Sequence record: PP885688.1
Direction: 5' to 3' (one strand)
Length of the DNA: 64,000 bases
In this document: one piece after another, positions 9,541-18,626 of the stretch
How positions within the stretch are numbered: the stretch's first letter is position 1
How the letters are laid out: each line of letters opens with the position of its first letter
Translations under genes and position numbers: made by a program
The notes under the pieces: generated by a model
What the model was told of the DNA's origin: nothing
Seen by the model: the letters and a program-made list of their open reading frames with translations, nothing else
Database searches by the model: none

Positions 9541-9899
9541 TTTGTTTCGCTTTCCGCCTTCGCAAGGAAGGCTTCCAATTCTTCGGTGGTCTTGCCCTTG
9601 ATCTTTTGGTAGAGCGACTGGATCTTCGCCAAGCGAACGAAGTAGCCAGCGGTCTGCTTCTTGAACTGTTCGGCGTCTATCTCGCCGGTGGCGTATCGGG
9701 TTTGCTGCAGGGTCATCAGAGCGGTGGAGTAGAGATCCAGGCCGTCCTTCATGACGTCATCGGAGTCTTCGAGCGGAATCCCGGCGGACGTCTCGGGGAC
9801 CTTGGACGAGACGGAGAGGAATCTCCCCGTCCCGTTCCCATAGCTCTTGTCGCCAAACTCAAAGCTGACGGTTAGGCCGGTGATGCGTAGCTCGCTCAC
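9537..9899 (-). CDS. Hypothetical protein (120 aa)
   Basis: Coupled on both sides. Confidence 0.7.
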   Translation of the reverse strand: MSELRITGLTVSFEFGDKSYGNGTGRFLSVSSKVPETSAGIPLEDSDDVMKDGLDLYSTALMTLQQTRYATGEIDAEQFKKQTAGYFVRLAKIQSLYQKIKGKTTEELEAFLAKAESETK

Positions 9900-10198
9900 G
9901 AGATTACGTAGATCCCGTCTTCGGTCTCGTCGTCGCGGTCGTCCTGGAACTCGTCGTCGAACTCATCGTCGTCCTCGAAGTCCTCATCGTCCTCGTCGAA
10001 ATCGTCCTCATCTTCGTCGTCATCGTCGAAAATGGGGTCGGTGCCGTCGAAATCGCTATGTTCTTCGTCGTCTTCGTCGAAAAACTCATCGCCGTCCTCA
10101 TCGAGGCAGCTCAACGGGGCGAACGGGTGAAGTGGCGACATTGCCAGTAGGTGGAACGGTAAGTAAGGTGCTATTCCTGCGACGATCACTTCGGTCAC
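9896..10198 (-). CDS. Highly acidic (Asp/Glu-rich) small protein
   Basis: GTG at 10198 with GGAGG RBS; run of D/E/F residues. Confidence 0.6.
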   Translation of the reverse strand: MTEVIVAGIAPYLPFHLLAMSPLHPFAPLSCLDEDGDEFFDEDDEEHSDFDGTDPIFDDDDEDEDDFDEDDEDFEDDDEFDDEFQDDRDDETEDGIYVIS

Positions 10199-10214
10199 GA
10201 GAACCTCCACTCGC

Positions 10215-10250
10215 TAATACTCAAAATGGGGGCGCTTACCCAATTACTGG
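10215..10250 (-). promoter_or_regulatory. Class I bipartite promoter motif (variant)
   Basis: CCAGTAATTGGG-N16-GAGTATTA. Confidence 0.6.
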
Positions 10251-10252
10251 GC

Positions 10253-12256
10253 TCACATTCCCCAACGATTTTGTTGCTCCTCGAAATCCGCATGCAGAGA
10301 CGGCTTGACCTTCTTCGGTTTGGCACCCTCTTCGAAGACCATCTTGCGTTCGTCGTCGGCCTGGGCCTCGGCCAGCTGCGACCCACCGATGAAGGAGTTG
10401 AGGCTGACTGACTTGGTGTGGGCCTTCATCAGGGACAGGAACTCGGAGTCCTTCGCTGACTGCTCCATACCGGAGGCCATGTCGAAGATCTCGCGGTCGT
10501 CGAGCAGACCGGCGGAGTGACTCTCGCCGAGGATCTTCTCGAACAGCCCCTTTTTGCCCTTCAGCGTCTCGATCGCGTACTCATCGACCGTCCCGCGTCC
10601 GACCAGGCAGTGCAACGTGCAGGCGGAGTGCGGGCTGGCCATACGGACCATGCGGCCCACCAGCTGCAGCAGATCGCCCCAGCTCCAGCACATGTCCAGC
10701 TTGATCAGGTGGGCCGCCTGCTGAAGGTTCACGCCCTCGGTGGCCGCCGCGTTGATGAAGATGAGATCGTGGTCGCCATCGGGATCCTGGAAGAGGCGCT
10801 TGGCCTGGCTGCGCTGATCCTCGTTCTCCGCGCCGGTGATGCGCAGGAACTTCCGGTCCGTGAAGTGTCCCTCTTTGGTGAGCCACTCCAGCCGGTCGAT
10901 CCACGACTTCGACTTGGTGTAGACGATGACCTTCTCACCACGGAAGTCGCCGTCGAGCATGTCGAGCAGGGCCTCCTCTTTCGGTGAGAGGGTGCGGGTG
11001 AGGAACTTCTTCTTGTCGTTCACATCCAACAGCGCCGGGTGGTTGGCGACCAGCTGGTAGACCGAGAGCATCGTCATCTCGTTCTCTGGATCACGGTCGC
11101 GCGTGATGATCTCGCCATGCAACTTGATCACCGAAGGCGGCAGTTGGTACTTGCCGGACGGAATGTCCTCAAGCAGTAGTCGAGCCTGCTCCGGGTCGAG
11201 GTCGATCGGATGGATGATGGTGGTGAGGCGGGGTAGCTTCTCTTTGACCTGGCGCTGGGACCTGCCTAGAAAGAAGGGACGCATACCGGCCTTGAAGGTG
11301 GCGACGTTGCGATAGCCCTCAAGGACCTTCTTATGCTTGCCCTTGCCGATGAAGACGTTGCGGAAGATACAGAACCGCTCTTCAAACTCTGCCGGGACAC
11401 CGAACGGCTTGATCCCGATGGCCGAGGCGATCGAATACATCTCGTCGAGGCCGTTCTTGATGATCGTGGCCGTCAGAGCGTGGACGCGGGCGCAGGGCCT
11501 GGCGAGGATCTGTACCATGTTGCGGGTTGCGCCGCCGAGCGTCTTGAACTTCTGGCACTCATCGAGCACCATCAGTACGTCCTGGCCGTAGGGCTTCAGG
11601 ATCTTGATGAACTCCTTCACCTCGGAGGCAACGCGCTCACGCCCGTTGACCGTGGGATTACCATCAGCGTCGAACTTGCCCTCGACCTTCTTGCGTGTCC
11701 CCACCATCGAGGAGTACTTGCAAATCAGAACGTCGTGGTCATCCTTGGCGAGGAAGTCGGAGAGCTGGGCGAAGCGAGCTTCATACGACTTCAGCTTGTT
11801 GTACTTGTCTTTCATCACCGTGGTGCGCAGCGTAGAGAAGCGCTGATATTCGTCAGCCCACTGGCCGGTCGTCGACTTCGTCGTGAAGACGATGATCTTG
11901 AGGCGGGGCAGGCGATCTGTGAGCCAGCAGTGACTGATGATGGACTCGAGAGTCTTGCCTAGGCCTACTGAGTCCCCGTTGATGAAGCGGGGCATGCGGG
12001 ACATCGTCTGCGCCATCTGCAACTGGTACTGCTTGGGCTCCAGGACGACGCCGGTGTCGCGCTCACGGATGATGTCCCAGAGCGTGGTGCGAAGGCGTGT
12101 AGGCCACTTGAATGGGACTGGTCCATCGTCTGGGATCTTCCAGTTGCGAAGCTTGAACAGCTTCACCATGAGATCGTCCGGCAGACCTAGCTCCCGGGTG
12201 AAGGGAGTTATCAGCGGACACAGCTCTTCAACGTCGTCGTAAGTAGAAAGGGTCAC
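10253..12256 (-). CDS. SNF2-family (SF2) helicase/ATPase
   Basis: GDSVGLGKT, LDECQKFK, LTAT, EKVIVYT, TEGVNLQQA, QLVGRMVR. Confidence 0.9.
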   Translation of the reverse strand: MTLSTYDDVEELCPLITPFTRELGLPDDLMVKLFKLRNWKIPDDGPVPFKWPTRLRTTLWDIIRERDTGVVLEPKQYQLQMAQTMSRMPRFINGDSVGLGKTLESIISHCWLTDRLPRLKIIVFTTKSTTGQWADEYQRFSTLRTTVMKDKYNKLKSYEARFAQLSDFLAKDDHDVLICKYSSMVGTRKKVEGKFDADGNPTVNGRERVASEVKEFIKILKPYGQDVLMVLDECQKFKTLGGATRNMVQILARPCARVHALTATIIKNGLDEMYSIASAIGIKPFGVPAEFEERFCIFRNVFIGKGKHKKVLEGYRNVATFKAGMRPFFLGRSQRQVKEKLPRLTTIIHPIDLDPEQARLLLEDIPSGKYQLPPSVIKLHGEIITRDRDPENEMTMLSVYQLVANHPALLDVNDKKKFLTRTLSPKEEALLDMLDGDFRGEKVIVYTKSKSWIDRLEWLTKEGHFTDRKFLRITGAENEDQRSQAKRLFQDPDGDHDLIFINAAATEGVNLQQAAHLIKLDMCWSWGDLLQLVGRMVRMASPHSACTLHCLVGRGTVDEYAIETLKGKKGLFEKILGESHSAGLLDDREIFDMASGMEQSAKDSEFLSLMKAHTKSVSLNSFIGGSQLAEAQADDERKMVFEEGAKPKKVKPSLHADFEEQQNRWGM

Positions 12257-12262
12257 TTGGGC

Positions 12263-12298
12263 TAATACCCAAGCGACCCTCGTTTACCTGATTATTGA
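12263..12298 (-). promoter_or_regulatory. Class I promoter motif, leaderless geometry
   Basis: TCAATAATCAGG-N16-GGGTATTA, 6 nt before the GTG. Confidence 0.8.
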
Positions 12299-12302
12299 AG
12301 CT

Positions 12303-12584
12303 TTAGGAGCGACGAAATACAAAAGCTATCTCTTCGTTGGTCTGCTTGACCTGCCTAAGCTCCGAAGTGGTTGTGGATGCCGGATACGATACTCCTACGT
12401 GTGCGCAGGGATAGCTTGTAACAAGAACCCAGCCCTCCCGGGAAAGGGAATCGAACACAGAAGGAAGATGACCGTCACCGCCGTTGTTCTGAAGCTCGTC
12501 GGGGTATTCGTCGATGCCGTCACCGATCAGACGGAACGAGCCGTCCCTACGTGAGTAAAATCCTATTGCATGCTTTGCAGCCAT
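12303..12584 (-). CDS. Hypothetical protein (93 aa)
   Basis: Start MAAKHA at 12584. Confidence 0.6.
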   Translation of the reverse strand: MAAKHAIGFYSRRDGSFRLIGDGIDEYPDELQNNGGDGHLPSVFDSLSREGWVLVTSYPCAHVGVSYPASTTTSELRQVKQTNEEIAFVFRRS

Positions 12585-12618
12585 GTGTTGCCTTTCGTTG
12601 GTTGTACTTGTTGTGGGG

Positions 12619-13110
12619 TTACCGCTCGTAGCCGCCGTACCCCTCATCGAGGTGCACGATCTTGCTGTCCGAGTCGATGCCGTCGTCGAGGAACTTCGCC
12701 ACCATCCCGACAAAGCTGTCCTCTGTCACCTGTCCGAAGAACAAGGTAAGGATTGTTGTCCGCCTGGAGCGAGGATCGTTGTCCTTTGTGTGGCACAGGC
12801 GAAGCTGGTCGTTCTCATTTGCATGGGGCGACAGGAAGAAGTACTTATCCCCGACGGTGAACTGTGCCTCGAAGCGTCCGTCGAAGTTGAGCTCTCCGGG
12901 GAAAGACGGCATTTCCTTGATCTGGTCGAACTTGATGAAGTAGAACCGGTCTTCGAGGATGTTGCAGAAGCGGTTAAAGGCCCGCTTGCGATCCTCTTTC
13001 CTACGCAGCTCTACCCGCTCTACGATCCGGATGCGCTCGTCCTTGATGGCCTCAACACGCCTGGTGACAAGAGTATCGAAGCTAGTTGTGGGGCGATCTG
13101 AGACGATCAT
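12619..13110 (-). CDS. Hypothetical protein (163 aa)
   Basis: ATGA coupling to the PEP-CTERM gene. Confidence 0.65.
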   Translation of the reverse strand: MIVSDRPTTSFDTLVTRRVEAIKDERIRIVERVELRRKEDRKRAFNRFCNILEDRFYFIKFDQIKEMPSFPGELNFDGRFEAQFTVGDKYFFLSPHANENDQLRLCHTKDNDPRSRRTTILTLFFGQVTEDSFVGMVAKFLDDGIDSDSKIVHLDEGYGGYER

Positions 13111-13703
13111 GCGCGTATCTTTCTCACTGCAAGCTTGATGGTGCCGATCAGGCCAGTGCCGAGAAGCATCCAGGTGGACGGCTCGGGCGTAGGAGCGATC
13201 GGCGTTGTCGGAGGGCGGCTGGGAGTACTTGCGCCACCAATAGCTGTGGCGAAGTTGCTGAAGCCGGTAGAGACGGCCTGTCCACTGGTACTATCCGAGA
13301 CGCCGTACTCAGCTATGTCGGCCACATCAGGGATCCCGTCCGCACTGGTATCTGCAGCAAAGGGGAGGTCCGGGAGCTCAACATCCTCTGACGCGATCAT
13401 GACGTCCGTGTCCGCATCGATGGTGGCGAGCGGAGCGCAGGCCTTGTTGAAGTGGATGAGCGTCTGTTTCCGCGACATCTTTGGTCCCTTGGGAAGCGGC
13501 TTACCTTCGGCGAGCAGCTTCTTGTTGTAAACCGCCCAGGCGAGCAGGGTCGCAGCAGAGTGTTTGACCTTCTGGCTGACAACGGTGTAGCCGACGTGGC
13601 AGGCCTCTTCGGCTTGGCCTTTGAGTGGGTCCATGCTGAGGGCGATGAGGAACATGGAGAGGACGATGAACGGAGCCCGTAACTTGCGCAGGAAGGAAAC
13701 CAT
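13107..13703 (-). CDS. PEP-CTERM sorting-domain exported protein
   Basis: N-terminal signal peptide; C-terminus PTPEPSTWMLLGTGLIGTIKLAVRKIRA (PEP, TM helix, basic tail). Confidence 0.9.
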   Translation of the reverse strand: MVSFLRKLRAPFIVLSMFLIALSMDPLKGQAEEACHVGYTVVSQKVKHSAATLLAWAVYNKKLLAEGKPLPKGPKMSRKQTLIHFNKACAPLATIDADTDVMIASEDVELPDLPFAADTSADGIPDVADIAEYGVSDSTSGQAVSTGFSNFATAIGGASTPSRPPTTPIAPTPEPSTWMLLGTGLIGTIKLAVRKIRA

Positions 13704-13709
13704 GTTTGG

Positions 13710-13745
13710 TAATACCCAAACGGAGGCCGCTTCCTGGATTATTAT
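13710..13745 (-). promoter_or_regulatory. Class I promoter motif, leaderless geometry
   Basis: ATAATAATCCAG-N16-GGGTATTA, 6 nt before the ATG. Confidence 0.8.
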
Positions 13746-14518
13746 TTTTCCTTTTTTGCGATAAGTGTTTCGGACACTCCCGACGGCAACCCGTGTGCAT
13801 TCTCCAGTGCCCTACGCTGCAGGGCTGTCCCACCCCTGAAACCTCTAAGGTGAGGTCCCGATCTAACTTCCATTGGAATGTGAGAGAACAGGTGAGGGTG
13901 CGAATTCAGGGCTTGTCCTAACCCCACTGCATCATTTTTGATGAACCAGCCAATGGTCTTGAGAGAACCACCGTTTGAGTCGGCGATACTTTCTGCGATG
14001 GGTACCCAGTCTGCAGGGCGCTTATATCCTTGCCTCGGAAGATGTTTGAATGCATCTGGGTTTTTGGCAACTATGTGTATCAGCCCGGGGTAACCATTCT
14101 GGGCCAGCCAAGTTGTACTTGGCATGAACCCGGAGTTTTCTGTGGCGAGTTTTTCAGCCTCCACCACCCAGTCAGACACTGATCTGAATCGGCGATCTTG
14201 CACCAAGTGATTGAATAGCTCGGGGCAATTCCTGACAACCACAGCAAGGCCACTGTAACCATTCTGCTTCAGCCATTTTTGATTATGAAGAACGCCGTTG
14301 TTGTCTGCGGCCAAACCGTTGGCAACAGAGACCCATTCTTTAGGGGTGCGTTTCACCCGTCCCCTAGTACGAAGTTTGTGAGGCTCCCAATCGAAGTTCG
14401 GATACCTACCTTCAACCACCGCGATCTGCTCTTTAGTCAGAAGCCCTTCCCGTTTTTGGTACCGCAAACGTGAGAAGTATCCGTTTATCTCTAGCCGTGT
14501 CTTCCGGTCTGTGCTCAC
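13742..14518 (-). CDS. Repeat protein: helicase-associated-like N-motif plus 3 x ~55-aa repeats
   Basis: EGLLTKEQIAVVEGRYPNFDW, then three W..AE.LA..N.G.L...WL..NGY.GL.....P..F.HL units; paralog of the next gene. Confidence 0.75.
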   Translation of the reverse strand: MSTDRKTRLEINGYFSRLRYQKREGLLTKEQIAVVEGRYPNFDWEPHKLRTRGRVKRTPKEWVSVANGLAADNNGVLHNQKWLKQNGYSGLAVVVRNCPELFNHLVQDRRFRSVSDWVVEAEKLATENSGFMPSTTWLAQNGYPGLIHIVAKNPDAFKHLPRQGYKRPADWVPIAESIADSNGGSLKTIGWFIKNDAVGLGQALNSHPHLFSHIPMEVRSGPHLRGFRGGTALQRRALENAHGLPSGVSETLIAKKEK

Positions 14519-15597
14519 GCAGCCTCCGACGCGCCGATTGTCACGCCAAACTTGATCTCCAGAGCACGACGCTGCTCCGGCGTACCGTCACGGAACTTCT
14601 TGATGCCACCGCCGCCCTTATGAGCCACGATCTTGGGGATATGCGCAAAGGTCGCGGGGTCCGTGCTGAGGCGAGACGACAACGCCGCATGTGTTTTCTG
14701 GAGGGTACTGATCATAGGCAACGCTCCACCGTTCGCCTCTGCTAGCTGCTCAGCCATATGGGCGGCCTCTTGCTTGGACATCAACAAAGTCTCACGGTTG
14801 ATGTGTGCGAAGGCCTCGGGGTGTTTGTTGATCTTGGTCGCAAGTGTTCTGTGCCCTAGCGTGGCCAGCTTTGAGAAGGGGGGCAGCTTCCCGTGTTCCT
14901 TGGCCAAGTCCTCAGCCATCTTGACATACTCGGGGAGTGACTTCTGAGCCGACTCCACTCGTTGTAGATGAGCGAAGAGATCTGGATAGGTGTTCATGCA
15001 GGCGATGAGCCCCGCCAGGCCTTTCGCCATGAGTGCTGAGTGGGCTGGGACGACACCGTTGTTCTCCCGTGCCAGCTCCTCGGCGACGGGGACCCACTCG
15101 GCCCGCTTCTTGAAGTGGCCTTGTGGCTTATCCTGCGGGATATGTTTGAAGGCGTCGGGGTGCTTCCGCATCATAGCGGACAGGCCGATGTAGTTGTTGG
15201 TCAGGAGCCACCGGTCAGAGGGTAGGTTGCCACCTTTCTCAGCCGCCAACTTCTCAGCTGAGAGAACGTGATCTTGATAGTTCAGGACCCGGACCCGATC
15301 CTGTTTAATGTGCGCGAACTCTTCTGGAAATTTACACATCCTCGACACCAGTGATGCATAGCCGTTCTTCTGGAGCCAACCGGAACCCTGGAGCAGGCCG
15401 CCGTTCTCTGCTGCCAACTGTTCGGCAACCTTGACCCACTTTTCCGTGGTCCGATTATTAGCCCGTGGAGCCCAGTCCCAATCGGGGTACCTGGTCTCTA
15501 CGACGGCGATCTGCTGCTTCGTGAGGTGGCCCGAATGGTAACGCACACGTAGGTGAGCGAAGTAGCTATGGAGTTGTTCTTTGGTAAGGGTTTCCAT
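14515..15597 (-). CDS. Repeat protein: helicase-associated-like N-motif plus 5 x ~55-aa repeats
   Basis: SGHLTKQQIAVVETRYPDWDW, five repeats, and a C-terminal FRDGTPEQRRALE motif shared with the paralog. Confidence 0.75.
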   Translation of the reverse strand: METLTKEQLHSYFAHLRVRYHSGHLTKQQIAVVETRYPDWDWAPRANNRTTEKWVKVAEQLAAENGGLLQGSGWLQKNGYASLVSRMCKFPEEFAHIKQDRVRVLNYQDHVLSAEKLAAEKGGNLPSDRWLLTNNYIGLSAMMRKHPDAFKHIPQDKPQGHFKKRAEWVPVAEELARENNGVVPAHSALMAKGLAGLIACMNTYPDLFAHLQRVESAQKSLPEYVKMAEDLAKEHGKLPPFSKLATLGHRTLATKINKHPEAFAHINRETLLMSKQEAAHMAEQLAEANGGALPMISTLQKTHAALSSRLSTDPATFAHIPKIVAHKGGGGIKKFRDGTPEQRRALEIKFGVTIGASEAA

Positions 15598-15599
15598 GA

Positions 15600-17525
15600 C
15601 TACGCCTGCACCCGGCTCTTCGCCTTACCCTTGTTGGCCATCTGGTCGCGGAGGTCCGCCTTGGCGAGGAAATCCGCCTGCCATGCCTCGAAGCCCGCGT
15701 CGAATACTTCACGCAGCTTGCGGAGGTCGCGCTCAGCATACTCACCAACGAAGGCGACCGAGCGGTCCGACTCGCTGACAACTTCCATCAGTTTGTCGAA
15801 GGATGCGGAGACGAAAGATACGTCGATACCCTTCATGCGCAGGGTGTCGGCCTGATTGCGGTGACCAGCCAGCCAGCAGCGTCCCAGGAACGTGTTCGCA
15901 GCTATTGCGATCTCACGCTTGAAGTCGCCGACCTCGTGCTCGTCGAGGACACTGGCGATCGCTGCATGGATCAAGTTCGAATCCGTGCGCTTCTCGACCG
16001 GGATGCTCTCGACTTCGGTGATGAGGTCGCGCTTGAAGGCGAGGTACGAGATCCCCTGCTCTTCGAGAGTCGTCTGGAGGGTGCGGGTGGCGGATCCCGA
16101 TGAGCGGGGAGCGCCGGGGAGGGAAGGGAGCAACACAGGGTGGAAGCCCTCGTCGAACTGCATGCACACCAGCAGTGCATTGGTGCGGTTGGCGAGGATG
16201 TCCTTGATGCTGTCATCCTTCGAGGGCTCAGCGAACTCAGGGATGTAGTTGAAGACGCGGACGACTTCCTTGTGAGGAGCGAAGCGGCGGAATGGGCGGC
16301 CCATGGTCTGGACGGCGAGGGTGATGCTGCCCTCGATCGCGAGGTTATGAAGGCGGGAGCAGGGGCACCAGTCCGTACCTTCACGGCCCAGCATGCAGGT
16401 AACGACGACGCGATACGTCGGCTGACCATCGGCAGGCTTCTTCGGCTCCGCCAGCAGCTTAGCCTTGTTCGTATCCTGCGTCGACTTAGTCACCAGATCA
16501 AGGACCTGGGGCTCACCGTTGACCGGCGGGAACATCTTGTTGAGACGGCGGAGCAGCTCCTCGTGCTCGGTGCCGCCGGTACGCCACTTGCGAGTCGTCG
16601 CGGGGATGATTACCATGTGGCGCTCGTTGGGTTCGGACATGATCCGGTTGAAGCAGCTCATGATCGGATTGCCGTCGTACTGGACATACTCCAGGGCGAA
16701 CTCACGGATGCCGAGAGTGACCCAGTGATCGAAGAAGGGGAGATAGTAGACCGTGAACAGCTTTCCGATCTTGCCGGAGAGCATATCCGCCTGGTCGCCA
16801 CGGAAGGGAGTCGCCGTCGTGAGCACCAGCTTGGTGGTCTTCGAGCGGTGAGCGACGATGAAGGCGCAGATACGACCGAGGTTGTTAGCCTCCTCGCGGT
16901 CGTCACGCTCTTCCTGCGAGGTGAGCAGCTCATCCTTCAGGTGGAAGACGTTGCTGATGTGGTGGGCCTCGTCAACGCGCAGAGTGAGGTTCTTGATGGC
17001 AAGCATCCGCTCGTCTTCGGTCATCCGGCTCCATGCAATCGAGAGTGCGGTGTGAGAGGTGACGGCGATCATGCCGGTGATGGTCTTCGTGCCGCTGATG
17101 CCGGGGGCGAGGATGTTGGCCGGGGTGAGCATCCAGTAGATGAGGCGGGCGATGACGTCATTGTCGAAGACGCTGAGGAAGCGCTGGTTGGGGTGTACAT
17201 ACCACTTGTAGGCGCTGCCATCGAGGAACACGGTCTCGTCTACGAAACCGGCGTGAATGTGCGCCTGGGGGACGATCACCAGCTGCTTCTGCTTGAACTT
17301 GCTCTGGACGATGTCATAGGTGCCGAGGGTCAGCTGCAGATACGACTTGCCGCTGCCGCAGAAGGCGACCACGAGAGAGAGCAGCGCGTCCTTGACCTGG
17401 CTGAACGCGTCGGTCTGCCATGCACGCATTCCCCGTTCGATCGCATCGGGGGCCTGCCAGTTAGAGTTGTGACCGTTGACAGAGAAGTTTGAAGTGTTCG
17501 AAATATTCAGGGTAGTGCCAGACAT
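15600..17525 (-). CDS. Superfamily 2 (DExH-box) helicase-like ATPase, ResIII-like
   Basis: AFCGSGKS (I), VDEAHH (II), TATPFRGD (III), MLGREGTDW (V), QTMGRPFR (VI). Confidence 0.85.
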   Translation of the reverse strand: MSGTTLNISNTSNFSVNGHNSNWQAPDAIERGMRAWQTDAFSQVKDALLSLVVAFCGSGKSYLQLTLGTYDIVQSKFKQKQLVIVPQAHIHAGFVDETVFLDGSAYKWYVHPNQRFLSVFDNDVIARLIYWMLTPANILAPGISGTKTITGMIAVTSHTALSIAWSRMTEDERMLAIKNLTLRVDEAHHISNVFHLKDELLTSQEERDDREEANNLGRICAFIVAHRSKTTKLVLTTATPFRGDQADMLSGKIGKLFTVYYLPFFDHWVTLGIREFALEYVQYDGNPIMSCFNRIMSEPNERHMVIIPATTRKWRTGGTEHEELLRRLNKMFPPVNGEPQVLDLVTKSTQDTNKAKLLAEPKKPADGQPTYRVVVTCMLGREGTDWCPCSRLHNLAIEGSITLAVQTMGRPFRRFAPHKEVVRVFNYIPEFAEPSKDDSIKDILANRTNALLVCMQFDEGFHPVLLPSLPGAPRSSGSATRTLQTTLEEQGISYLAFKRDLITEVESIPVEKRTDSNLIHAAIASVLDEHEVGDFKREIAIAANTFLGRCWLAGHRNQADTLRMKGIDVSFVSASFDKLMEVVSESDRSVAFVGEYAERDLRKLREVFDAGFEAWQADFLAKADLRDQMANKGKAKSRVQA

Positions 17526-17574
17526 TTTTTCTTATCCTCGTAAAAGTGCCACTCTTGTGGCGACTGATACTGGT

Positions 17575-17610
17575 TGATACCCAAAAAAGCTTTCCGACCC
17601 TGAATATCAA
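17575..17610 (-). promoter_or_regulatory. Class I promoter motif
   Basis: TTGATATTCAGG-N16-GGGTATCA upstream of the helicase operon. Confidence 0.75.
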
Positions 17611-17656
17611 AATGAAGATATCTGTGGAAAACTTTGTTTCTTGGCTGCTGGATGAG

Positions 17657-17684
17657 AAAGGCCCGCCGAAATACAGGCGGGCTT
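17657..17684 (-). terminator. Intrinsic terminator
   Basis: GCCCGCC/GGCGGGC stem followed by TTTC on the minus strand. Confidence 0.6.
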
Positions 17685-17706
17685 GGGGATGTCGCGGGTA
17701 GGAGTC

Positions 17707-17949
17707 CTAATCCCGATAGGTCTCAAGCATCCCGATGAGGTAGGCGAGGGTGATCGGCTTATAGGACTCGCCGTTCTCCATCAGCTCGATCTTGAACTCG
17801 TCGGTGAGGACCATCGGGCCAAGGAAGTCATCGGGGATCACCACCTCCAGCGGTCCACCAGGGTAGCCGTCTTCGAACTTCATCCGAAGAGTGATGTTTT
17901 CGTATTCTTGACCGTTGACTTTCAGGCTTAGCTTCTCTGCAGTTGGCAT
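17707..17949 (-). CDS. Hypothetical protein (80 aa)
   Basis: Two nt from the upstream stop, followed by a terminator. Confidence 0.65.
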   Translation of the reverse strand: MPTAEKLSLKVNGQEYENITLRMKFEDGYPGGPLEVVIPDDFLGPMVLTDEFKIELMENGESYKPITLAYLIGMLETYRD

Positions 17950-17951
17950 AT

Positions 17952-18575
17952 CTAGAACTCAATCTCCGGGATATCGGTGGTGGCGGAGACTGGCTCCGGG
18001 GAGGGTTTCGTCGCTACCGGCTGAATCTCTTCGTCCGGCGAGTTGAGGAGGATGGCTTCGAGCTTAGTGCAGCGTTGCTCGAACCAGAGGGCACGGGATT
18101 CATCACCCTGGAAGTAGGGAGAGGGGCTCTGGAGTAGGTCCTTCATTGTCTGGAGATACCCGGGCAGAGCCCCTTTCTTGATCGTCTGCTTGTACCGGTC
18201 GATGCGGCCCCGGGCAGATCTCTTGACGGCGTTGTACTTCTTCTCAGCGGCGCGGAGGCGGCTGATCTCGGCCTGCTCGGCAAAGGATGCGGCTACAGCC
18301 TTACTGTGGATCGTGAGGAACTGGAGCCCGGTGCTCAGCTTGATGTAGAGATCCGGATTCCAGCGCTCAAAGTGTGGCAGTGCAGCATCGGAGATGGTCA
18401 TACGGCCCTTGCCCGACTTAGGCTTGATGGTGAAGCAGATCCGGGTCGGCTGCTGAGTAACTACGCAGACTCTTTTGTTCTCTTCACCGGCGTCGTACAC
18501 CTGACCCATGAAGTCCCAGTTCTGAGGATCCTGACCTAGTCGGTTCGTGATTTCCGTACGTGAAAGAACTTCCAT
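17952..18575 (-). CDS. Hypothetical protein (207 aa), probably leaderless
   Basis: ATG 5 nt after a class II motif. Confidence 0.75.
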   Translation of the reverse strand: MEVLSRTEITNRLGQDPQNWDFMGQVYDAGEENKRVCVVTQQPTRICFTIKPKSGKGRMTISDAALPHFERWNPDLYIKLSTGLQFLTIHSKAVAASFAEQAEISRLRAAEKKYNAVKRSARGRIDRYKQTIKKGALPGYLQTMKDLLQSPSPYFQGDESRALWFEQRCTKLEAILLNSPDEEIQPVATKPSPEPVSATTDIPEIEF

Positions 18576-18580
18576 AACTA

Positions 18581-18615
18581 CAACCTACGGAGTGAAACAG
18601 CCCAAAGATGACTTT
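18581..18615 (-). promoter_or_regulatory. Class II promoter motif
   Basis: AAAGTCATCTTTG-N13-CGTAGGTTG. Confidence 0.8.
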
Positions 18616-18626
18616 GGGTGGAAAAT

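Noticed and set aside
2484-17492. Long plus-strand ORFs (2484-3965, 7888-9096, 16140-17492 and similar ones throughout)
   Set aside because: They are antisense shadows of codon-biased GC-rich minus-strand genes, with no RBS, motifs or promoter.
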